Virus record (IMG/VR): IMGVR_UViG_3300017761_001179
Span: 1 to 26,917 of that record
Source: a virus
Taxonomy: Duplodnaviria > Caudoviricetes
Strand: one strand, 5' to 3'
DNA: 26,917 nt
The notes under the pieces: model-generated
What the model was told of the DNA's origin: nothing
The model's input: the letters and a program-made list of their open reading frames with translations, nothing else
Database searches by the model: none
Made by a program: the position numbers and the translations under genes
Shown: piece after piece, positions 7,776-15,498 of the stretch
Layout: each line of letters starts with the position of its first letter
How positions within the stretch are numbered: the stretch's first letter is position 1

Positions 7776-10328
7776 ATGTCAATTCAATTCAGAACAAGAT
7801 CACAAACAATAGTAGATTATAGTCAATATATTCAAAACAATGGTGTAACTGGATGTTGCTATGTTTATAATTCAAATACCAATTTAGTTTCAAAAACAGA
7901 AAACACTACAGTTTCAGACTGCAACCAACAGGATGGGTATTTTATTGCAGGACAGTGTGATGAAAATACAGACATTACTCCATCATCTCTTGGTTGCTGC
8001 TGCGCTTGTTCATTAGGTGGAACAGCAGTAACAACTCTATGCGAATGTGAATCATTAAGTGGTCTTTGGACATTGGGTTCTACTTGTCAGGAATCAGAAG
8101 AAACTCTCTGTGTTTCTGGTACATTACAACAATCAAATGTATTAGACTACAGAGAAACTAGAGCGTGCTGCTATCCAGAGTTTAATGATGATGGAACAGT
8201 ATATGCAAATTGTGTTGATGTCTGTAGTGAAAAAGAATGTGCAGCCAAAGCAGTATTTCCATACACTGCTACATTTTATAACAACGGAAGAAAATGTAAC
8301 GAACAAGTTGGAAGTGCAAGCCCAGCATCAGACGAATGTAAATTGTCTGAAACAAATAATACAGTTATGAATTCGTGTGAAAACGGAACAAATGTGTTCT
8401 GTTGGGGTTTGCCTGGGTACATAAATGTTTGTAACAATAAAAAATGGTTTGATGATAATTATGCCGGAAAATTTGCTCAGGGTGTAAATCAAACTGTATT
8501 TCAAGTAAGAAATAAAAATAACCAGATTGCTTTTGATTTAATTTTAGGACCAAAATTTGAATCTATTGGTGGTCCTCCATTTGCTCAAACAACAACTTCT
8601 ATAGGTGTTACAAAAGTATGTCCCGGTGGATATTCTCAAGATTATACTATTGAAGAACCGGCAAGAGGGACAGATGGATATTTTGCAATTTTAGATCAAA
8701 ACTCAATTCCTCGTTACTATGCAACAACAGCATTTAAAAATAGATTTGCAGATAATTCACGAAACTCACCAGTTCCATTAACAAACATACCATATCTGCC
8801 TGCTTTAGATCTAATAGCATCAATGACATTTAGTGCATATATTGATTCAAATAATAATGTTGTAATATACGGTAGATTTTTTGATGCAAAGAATAATCAA
8901 TTCAAGACACTAAATGTTACACAAAAACTTAAAAAGTTATATCAGCACAATGTGTATCCTGAACCAAAATCAACAGGAAATGGCACAGACAATATTCAAG
9001 TTAATTTTGCCACACTTGGTTTTGTTGGACAAAAATTAGATAATAGTTTTGAATATTATTCTCCGTTCATAAATGATCTTCCAGAATTAAAAGATCTAAG
9101 AACTATGATCAGATCTCTACCACGCAAAGAATTTGTTAAAGCATCTCTTGGTGCTAATACTTTCTGTGGTATTGATGAAAACGGAACAATGACTTGTAAT
9201 TCCTTAAACACAGAATTAACATATCCATTAAGCAAAAAATATAAACTAGTTTCTTGTTCAAATGTAAATGATGTTTCACCAGATAATCAAAATCCGGCAA
9301 ATGATTATTGTTTTGCCGTAGATGAGAGCAATAGAATTATAAAAATTGCATCAAATCTCAGCGATTTCGAAAAACAACCATTAGTTTCATATACAGATGT
9401 AATTGATCTTTCATGTGTTCATTCAGGATGCTATGCTGTTGTTGAACCAGATGTGGATATTTGTAACAGTCAAATGAATGGTAGTTGCTGCACATGTGCA
9501 GTTGATATTACTAACTGCATACAGACCAACCAAGGAAATTGTACTAGACTTGGTGGTTTGTTTAGAACTGGTGGTATTTGTTGTGATCTAGACGATCCAG
9601 TAGAAGGATGTGTAGATTGCAATACTGTTGTTGGTGGTAATTGTGGTAATAACTTAACATTACGAATCACCCAAGCAGAAAACACCTTGCCCGAATCTGA
9701 ATTAACATATTATCAAGATGGATTATATGTTGGTGTATTTGAGCCGGGTGTGCCAATCAACACTCAAGGATCAACTGTTAATGGAAATCCATATACGGGA
9801 TCGGCAGTAGAATATATTCCAAATGTTGTTGGATATGGAACAACTACCAAACGCTGGGCAATTATTATTGCACCAAATGATTATGATCTTGCTTATATTA
9901 ACAGCGCAACAGAACCAACTGAGGTAATTCCAGCATCAATGTATGATGGTTTTTGGAATACTTACGGAGATAACCAAACGTATTATGGTTTACAAAGCGA
10001 AACTATGGAAACATTAAGAGAAAATTCCAAACTGTCTGGCTGGTATTTACCATCAAAGAATGAATTAGAGTTTATTAACTCTAAACTAAATCATGGTTTC
10101 TTTATCCCAGAAGTATTTAAATCCATGAATAGTGGCATTTATTTAACATCGACTCCTTACTTTGAGCAGCAGTCAGTTACAAAATATAACCTAGATTCTC
10201 AGATCTTTAAAGGAAAATCTTTTATGTTCGGTCAAAGTTATAGCAAGTCAGATTACGGATCTATATACTTAGTACCCAGAACATCTCAGGTTAATGTTCG
10301 ATTAATAAGAAGAATTGAATTGGAGTAA
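7776..10328 (+). CDS. 850-aa modular putative virion/adhesin protein: N-terminal Cys repeats, degenerate RCC1/BLIP-II-like propeller, one further GSCC repeat, DUF1566/Lcl-like C-terminal domain
   Basis: TGCCY, LGCCCAC, RACCY and GSCCTC repeats; RCC1-like blades (FVKASLGANTFCGIDENGTMTC, IASMTFSAYIDSNNNVVIYG, VFCWG); YQDGLYVG..WAIIIAP..YDGFWNT..SGWYLPSKNEL..YLTST..VRLIRRI. Confidence 0.7.
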   Translation: MSIQFRTRSQTIVDYSQYIQNNGVTGCCYVYNSNTNLVSKTENTTVSDCNQQDGYFIAGQCDENTDITPSSLGCCCACSLGGTAVTTLCECESLSGLWTLGSTCQESEETLCVSGTLQQSNVLDYRETRACCYPEFNDDGTVYANCVDVCSEKECAAKAVFPYTATFYNNGRKCNEQVGSASPASDECKLSETNNTVMNSCENGTNVFCWGLPGYINVCNNKKWFDDNYAGKFAQGVNQTVFQVRNKNNQIAFDLILGPKFESIGGPPFAQTTTSIGVTKVCPGGYSQDYTIEEPARGTDGYFAILDQNSIPRYYATTAFKNRFADNSRNSPVPLTNIPYLPALDLIASMTFSAYIDSNNNVVIYGRFFDAKNNQFKTLNVTQKLKKLYQHNVYPEPKSTGNGTDNIQVNFATLGFVGQKLDNSFEYYSPFINDLPELKDLRTMIRSLPRKEFVKASLGANTFCGIDENGTMTCNSLNTELTYPLSKKYKLVSCSNVNDVSPDNQNPANDYCFAVDESNRIIKIASNLSDFEKQPLVSYTDVIDLSCVHSGCYAVVEPDVDICNSQMNGSCCTCAVDITNCIQTNQGNCTRLGGLFRTGGICCDLDDPVEGCVDCNTVVGGNCGNNLTLRITQAENTLPESELTYYQDGLYVGVFEPGVPINTQGSTVNGNPYTGSAVEYIPNVVGYGTTTKRWAIIIAPNDYDLAYINSATEPTEVIPASMYDGFWNTYGDNQTYYGLQSETMETLRENSKLSGWYLPSKNELEFINSKLNHGFFIPEVFKSMNSGIYLTSTPYFEQQSVTKYNLDSQIFKGKSFMFGQSYSKSDYGSIYLVPRTSQVNVRLIRRIELE

Positions 10329-10333
10329 TTATT

Positions 10334-10924
10334 ATGAGTGAAGATAAGTCTTGTTCCAGCAAACCCAATCCCATCGAATTTAGAACAGTTGCTGTACCAG
10401 ATAATAAGAGTGTCATATCCAAGAAAATTGGAATGATTCAAAGTTTTGCCATGTCTCTTACTTCTCGTGGTCTAAACGAGAAGAAGATCAACAGAGCCAC
10501 TAAGCAACTACGAGTTCTAAGTTGTTTCGGTGATAAGCACCTCAACGGTGTTGTTCCACCGTGCGAGCATCTAAAGGAAAGCAAGACGCAGGGACAGTAC
10601 TTCTGCGGTGGTTGCGGTTGTGGTGACAGACAAGGTACTTGGTTGGTTGCTAATGGTGCAGACTATAGCAAACTGGACTATCCAAAGTTAAACTGCCCAA
10701 TCACTATGCCTGGATTTACTAATTATGCTCCAAGCAAACCAGACGAAGCAATCCCACCAATTACTCGTAAGTACTACATCGAGAATATCAACTTTGAAGA
10801 TCTAAACAAGATGCCTGTTACTCTTCCAGATATGCCCGAAGCAATGCAAAAGGCTATAGATGAACAACAAGCAAAACTTGCTGCTCAACAAGGGAACAAA
10901 TTAAACTCCGAACCTTTAAAGTAA
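10334..10924 (+). CDS. Hypothetical Cys-cluster (probable metal-binding) protein, DUF6171-like pattern
   Basis: LRVLSC...PCEHL...FCGGCGCG...KL..LNCP resembles the R..C..C...CxxCGC...K...CP pattern, with insertions. GGAG SD upstream. Confidence 0.55.
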   Translation: MSEDKSCSSKPNPIEFRTVAVPDNKSVISKKIGMIQSFAMSLTSRGLNEKKINRATKQLRVLSCFGDKHLNGVVPPCEHLKESKTQGQYFCGGCGCGDRQGTWLVANGADYSKLDYPKLNCPITMPGFTNYAPSKPDEAIPPITRKYYIENINFEDLNKMPVTLPDMPEAMQKAIDEQQAKLAAQQGNKLNSEPLK

Positions 10925-10936
10925 TTTGGTAAATGC

Positions 10937-10950
10937 CATAAATACCTGTA
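10937..10950 (+). promoter_or_regulatory. T4-type late promoter (CATAAATA-cctg-TA) for gp13
   Basis: Intergenic match to the T4 gp55 late box TATAAATA; followed by AAGGAG SD. Confidence 0.75.
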
Positions 10951-10960
10951 AGGAGAATTT

Positions 10961-11767
10961 ATGGCATCACCAAGTTCAAGACAAACCCTTATTGAGTATT
11001 CATTGCGACAACTGGGCGCACCTGTTGTAGATATCAATGTAGATTGGCAGCAATGTGAAGATAGACTTGATGATGCTTTACAATACTTCTCAGAGCGTCA
11101 CTTTGACGGTGTTGAAAAAGCATACTTCTTGTACCCAGTTACCGCAACTGATATTACCAACCAATATATCGACACCGATAATTTGGGTCCAGTAAATGGT
11201 TTCGGTGGTGACGGTCCAACAGGTAGAGATATCGTTTCTATCATCAAGTTGTTCCAGTTTGGTCCACTCAGCAACATCTCCATGTTCGATGTTCGATACC
11301 AGATGGCACTATCAGATTACTTTGGTATCAATACCAATCTAATGTCTAGCCGTAATATGGGTCTTGCTCAATACGATAGCACTAAACGCTATATCAATAT
11401 GATTCAAGACATGTTCCAACCAGAAAAAGCAATTCGCTTCAGTAAGGTTACAAACAAACTTCATATTGATATGAACTGGAAAGAAGAACTTGTAGCAAAT
11501 GGAAATTTGTTGATCGAAGCATATGTTTCTCTAAACCCAGACAAGTTCACAGAGATCTATAATGATCGGCTTTTAAAGAAGTATGTTACTGCTCTGATCA
11601 AAAGACAATGGGGAATGAATATGTCCAAATTTACTGGTGTTCAACTTCCCGGTGGTGTTACTCTTCGCGGTGCAGAAATTGTTGCAGATGCACAAACCGA
11701 AATTCAGTTAATAGAACAACAAGTGCAACTTGAATACGAACTCCCAATAAACTTCATGGTCGGATAA
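10961..11767 (+). CDS. gp13: Neck protein gp13
   Basis: LRQLGAPVVDINV..DRLDDALQYFSERHFDG and KRQWGMNMSKFTGVQLPGGVTL are characteristic gp13 motifs; synteny with gp14-gp17. Confidence 0.93.
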   Translation: MASPSSRQTLIEYSLRQLGAPVVDINVDWQQCEDRLDDALQYFSERHFDGVEKAYFLYPVTATDITNQYIDTDNLGPVNGFGGDGPTGRDIVSIIKLFQFGPLSNISMFDVRYQMALSDYFGINTNLMSSRNMGLAQYDSTKRYINMIQDMFQPEKAIRFSKVTNKLHIDMNWKEELVANGNLLIEAYVSLNPDKFTEIYNDRLLKKYVTALIKRQWGMNMSKFTGVQLPGGVTLRGAEIVADAQTEIQLIEQQVQLEYELPINFMVG

Positions 11768-11768
11768 A

Positions 11769-12683
11769 ATGGCTCATAATCCCTACTTCAAAGACTATTC
11801 AGGCGAACAGAACATAATTGAAGATCTCTCTATAGAGATCATCAAGACTATGGGTAGGGATATGATTTACATTCCCCGAGAGCAGTATGATAAAAACATA
11901 TTGTTTGGAGAAGCCCAGTACAAATTTAATAAAGCATTTCCACTCGAAATGTACATTGCTTCTGTGTCTGGATTTGAAGGTGAAGGAGATATCATCTCTA
12001 AGTTTGGTTTAGAAGTAAGAGATAAAGTTGTTTTAATTATTTCTAAGAAAAGATTCAATAAAGAAATTTCAGAGAAATACGATGGAATCACACGACCAAG
12101 AGAAGGTGATTTAATCTATTTTCCACTTAGCAAAGGTTTATTTGAAATTAACTTCGTTGAACATGAGAATCCATTTTATCAACTTGGCAAACTATACACA
12201 TACGCATTGACATGTGAACTCACTGCAATTGATAATGACGAATTTGATACGGGAGAAACCGATGTGGATGTTGTTGAAACTGAAAGAAAGAGACAAGTAT
12301 ATCAATTTGCACTCTCTACTCAAGTGTCAAATAATCTAAGTTTCTATGATGGTGAAACAATATTCCAAGTTTTTGGTGTAACTGGTGGAACATATTCAAA
12401 TGCTACAGCAGAAGCCGTATGCTCCAAATATAATGATGCCGCAAACACAATGAACATATATGGAATCAGTGGATCTTTCTTCTATTCCTCACAAACAATC
12501 AAAGGAAAAGATTCTGGTGCAGAGTTCTATGTTACCGGCATTACTGGAACAAATGTTCTCGTACTAATAACTCCAATCAATTCTACATTAGACGGAGACA
12601 ATGAACACATCAAACAGACAGGAGACAGTCTTGGAATCTACGATTTCACTGATGTTGATCCATTCTCCGAAGGAAGTTACTAA
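11769..12683 (+). CDS. gp14: Neck protein gp14 (with an inserted C-terminal beta domain)
   Basis: GFEGEGDIISKFGLEVRD, RPREGDLIYFPL, FEINFVEHENPFYQLGK, C-terminal DFTDVDPFSE. Confidence 0.93.
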   Translation: MAHNPYFKDYSGEQNIIEDLSIEIIKTMGRDMIYIPREQYDKNILFGEAQYKFNKAFPLEMYIASVSGFEGEGDIISKFGLEVRDKVVLIISKKRFNKEISEKYDGITRPREGDLIYFPLSKGLFEINFVEHENPFYQLGKLYTYALTCELTAIDNDEFDTGETDVDVVETERKRQVYQFALSTQVSNNLSFYDGETIFQVFGVTGGTYSNATAEAVCSKYNDAANTMNIYGISGSFFYSSQTIKGKDSGAEFYVTGITGTNVLVLITPINSTLDGDNEHIKQTGDSLGIYDFTDVDPFSEGSY

Positions 12684-13345
12684 TGTTTCAGTATTATTAT
12701 AACCAAACTCTACGAAAGTTAACATTAGCCTTTGGTGGTCTATTCGATGAAATCTATGTACAAAATAAAACATCAGATGGCGTAGCAGAAAAAATAAATG
12801 TTCCTATCACTTATTCCGGTAAAGAAAAATTTATCCGAAGATTAACTGAAGCGAGTTCTATATCAGATAATGTCAAACTAGAATCAATACTTCCACTTCT
12901 GGGATTTGAGATCACTAACCTTCAATATGATCCGGTTAGAAAGATCAATAAATTAAACACTAAGTCGAGAAGTGTGAAAATAGATGAACAGAACACAAAC
13001 ACTTATCAGTCTTATGCCGAAGTGCCATACAATGTTCAATATGGTTTGTATTGTTTTACCAGAACAATCGAAGACAACCTTCAAATCATAGAACAAATAC
13101 TTCCTTATTTTTCTCCAGAATTCATAGTCACATTAAACATGAATGAACTGGATGTAAATGTCGATGTTCCAATTGTGTTGAATAGTACAAATCTAACAGA
13201 GACATATGAAGGTGATATGTCTTCTAGAAGAATGATTGTTTCAACTTTTTCCTTTACAGCCAAAGCACACATCTATGGTCGTATCAAAGAAGGTGGTTCT
13301 GGAATCATCAAGGAAGTTGATATTAATATTTTTGAGGATGATTAA
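12683..13345 (+). CDS. gp15: Tail sheath stabilizer / tail terminator gp15
   Basis: YYYNQTLRK..FGGLF, VPITYSGKEKF, VPYN, QIIEQILPYFSPEF, DVPIVL. Confidence 0.92.
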   Translation: MFQYYYNQTLRKLTLAFGGLFDEIYVQNKTSDGVAEKINVPITYSGKEKFIRRLTEASSISDNVKLESILPLLGFEITNLQYDPVRKINKLNTKSRSVKIDEQNTNTYQSYAEVPYNVQYGLYCFTRTIEDNLQIIEQILPYFSPEFIVTLNMNELDVNVDVPIVLNSTNLTETYEGDMSSRRMIVSTFSFTAKAHIYGRIKEGGSGIIKEVDINIFEDD

Positions 13346-13347
13346 TT

Positions 13348-13803
13348 ATGAACGAAGAAGTACCAAAAGTTTTTGATTCTATTTCTCAAAGTTTAGGTGT
13401 GAATTTCAAACCAGCGCCGAAAGAAATAACAGTAAAACCAGCAAGTCCAGAAGTCCAACAAAAGAAAATGGACTCAGACTTTGAATATGCTAGAGAAAAT
13501 CTTAAAGAACTAATTGAGAAGGGTAAAGATAGTCTAGATAATGCAATATCATTGGCTCAAAGTTTAGATTCTCCTCGTGGTTTTGAGGTTGTATCAAATT
13601 TTGCAAAGCAACTTGCTGAAATGAATAAAGACTTAATGGGTCTTCATCAGCAAAAGAAAGAAATTGAAAAAGAAAAAATCACTGTTAATAATAACACAAC
13701 AAATGCCATATATGTTGGTTCGACAAGTGATCTGCAAGACTTAGTAAACGAAAGTCGCAGCAGAAGAAAGGCATTAGATACCAATGGGGAAGAACAACAA
13801 TAA
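13348..13803 (+). CDS. gp16: Terminase small subunit gp16
   Basis: DFEYARENLKELIEKG, SPRGFEV, NAIYVGSTSDLQ; directly upstream of and overlapping gp17. Confidence 0.9.
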   Translation: MNEEVPKVFDSISQSLGVNFKPAPKEITVKPASPEVQQKKMDSDFEYARENLKELIEKGKDSLDNAISLAQSLDSPRGFEVVSNFAKQLAEMNKDLMGLHQQKKEIEKEKITVNNNTTNAIYVGSTSDLQDLVNESRSRRKALDTNGEEQQ

Positions 13804-15451
13804 AAGTTACCTCGGTAATCCCAATCTAAAGGGACCCGGAGTAAAAATTGAATTTACAAAAGAACAAGTAGAAGAATATGTGAAGTGTGCAAACGATCCG
13901 ATCTACTTCACTAAAAACTATGTTAAGATTGTAACTCTAGATAAAGGTCTTGTACCTTTCGAGTTGTATGATTATCAAGAAGATATCATTGATAAGATCC
14001 ACAGCAATCGTTATGTGATTGCCAAACTTCCTCGTCAGTCTGGTAAATCAACTACGGTTATTGCATACATTCTTCATTACATCCTGTTCAACCAAAACAT
14101 GAGCGTAGCCATTCTTGCTAACAAGCAATCTACGGCACGCGAAATGTTGTCTCGTTTGAAATTGGCTTACGAGTATTTGCCAAAATGGTTGCAACAAGGT
14201 ATTCTGGAATGGAACAAAGGATCTATTCAACTAGAGAATGGTTCTAAGATCCTAGCATCCTCTACCTCAGCATCTGCTGTCCGTGGTGGATCTTTCAATC
14301 TGTTGTTCCTTGACGAGTTTGCATTCGTTCCTCAGAACATCGCAGAAGAATTCTTCAGTTCCGTGTTCCCAACCATTACCTCTGGTTTGAGTACAAAGGT
14401 ATTGTTGATCTCTACCCCAAATGGTTTAAACATGTTCTACAAACTCTGGAAGGGTGCTACAAAGAAACCCGGAGAGTCTGGAAAGAATGAATATGTTCCC
14501 ATAGAGGTTCACTGGTCGCAGGTTCCATCTACTGCTGGTGGTAAACTCCGGGATCAGAAGTGGAAAGAGGAGATGATCAAGCAGACATCTGAGAAGCAAT
14601 TCGAATCTGAGTTCGAATGTAACTTCTTGGGTTCATCTAATACTTTGATCTCCACTGCTAAATTGAATGCAATGGCATGGAAAGAACCAATCTATACAAC
14701 TAAAGATGGTTTGACTGTTTACGAAGAACCAAAAGATGATCACTTATACTTTATTGCGGTAGATACAGCACGGGGACAAGGAAAGGACTATAGCGCGTTT
14801 ACAGTAATTGACGCGACAAGTTCACCTTATAGATTAGTATGTAAGTTTAGGAATAACTTAATATCTCCTATGCTATATCCGACTGTAATAGAAAAAACCG
14901 GATACAAGTACAATAAAGCCTATCTTTTTATTGAGATCAATGACATTGGTGGTCAGGTTGCAGACATCCTACACAGCGAATTGGAGTATGAGCATGTGCT
15001 TATGTCTAGCATGAAGGGAAGAAAAGGACAAGTTGTAAGTGGTGGATTTGGTAAAGGAGAGAGCGTTTTTGGTGTCAGAACTACTTCACAAGTAAAAAGA
15101 CTTGGTTGTTCTGTTCTCAAAAACATGATAGAACAGGACAAATTGATCCTAGAAGACTACGAAATCTTAACAGAATTGATGTCGTTCGTCAGCAAAGCAC
15201 AAAGTTATTCTGCCGAGGAAGGACACAATGATGACTTGGTTATGTCTTTGGTTCTATTTGCTTGGCTATCAAGGCAACCGTATTTCAAGGAACTTACCAA
15301 CCTAGACACCAGAATGGCTCTATTTCAAAACGAAATCAAACAACTTGAGGAAGATTTAGCACCATTTGGCTTTATTTCTTCGTTTGATGAAGATGATATG
15401 AAGTCATTTTCAGACGGAACCGATGTCTGGAATGCCGAAGGACTGAAATAA
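13784..15451 (+). CDS. gp17: Terminase large subunit gp17
   Basis: YLGNPNLK, Walker A-like PRQSGKST, Walker B LLFLDEFAF, ISTPNG, nuclease motifs VDTARGQGKDYSA and DDLVMSL. No intein or intron apparent. Confidence 0.97.
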   Translation: MGKNNNKSYLGNPNLKGPGVKIEFTKEQVEEYVKCANDPIYFTKNYVKIVTLDKGLVPFELYDYQEDIIDKIHSNRYVIAKLPRQSGKSTTVIAYILHYILFNQNMSVAILANKQSTAREMLSRLKLAYEYLPKWLQQGILEWNKGSIQLENGSKILASSTSASAVRGGSFNLLFLDEFAFVPQNIAEEFFSSVFPTITSGLSTKVLLISTPNGLNMFYKLWKGATKKPGESGKNEYVPIEVHWSQVPSTAGGKLRDQKWKEEMIKQTSEKQFESEFECNFLGSSNTLISTAKLNAMAWKEPIYTTKDGLTVYEEPKDDHLYFIAVDTARGQGKDYSAFTVIDATSSPYRLVCKFRNNLISPMLYPTVIEKTGYKYNKAYLFIEINDIGGQVADILHSELEYEHVLMSSMKGRKGQVVSGGFGKGESVFGVRTTSQVKRLGCSVLKNMIEQDKLILEDYEILTELMSFVSKAQSYSAEEGHNDDLVMSLVLFAWLSRQPYFKELTNLDTRMALFQNEIKQLEEDLAPFGFISSFDEDDMKSFSDGTDVWNAEGLK

Positions 15452-15458
15452 CCAAATC

Positions 15459-15492
15459 AATAAATACCCCTAGAGTAAGACATCTCTAGGAG
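15459..15492 (+). promoter_or_regulatory. Late promoter (AATAAATA-cccc-TA) overlapping a 7-bp hairpin CCTAGAG/CTCTAGG that covers the gp18 SD
   Basis: Box 15459-15466; stem arms 15469-15475 and 15484-15490; SD TAGGAG 15487-15492; ATG 15499. Confidence 0.7.
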
Positions 15493-15498
15493 CAAAAC

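Noticed and set aside
1-10328. Diversity-generating retroelement in this window
   Set aside because: DUF1566-like targets are present, but I saw no reverse transcriptase ORF and no template/variable repeat pair with adenine-specific mismatches. A DGR outside the window cannot be excluded.
13784-15451. Intein, intron or homing endonuclease in the terminase or other core genes
   Set aside because: gp17, gp20, gp23 and UvsW have normal lengths and continuous motifs; I saw no HNH, GIY-YIG or LAGLIDADG ORF.
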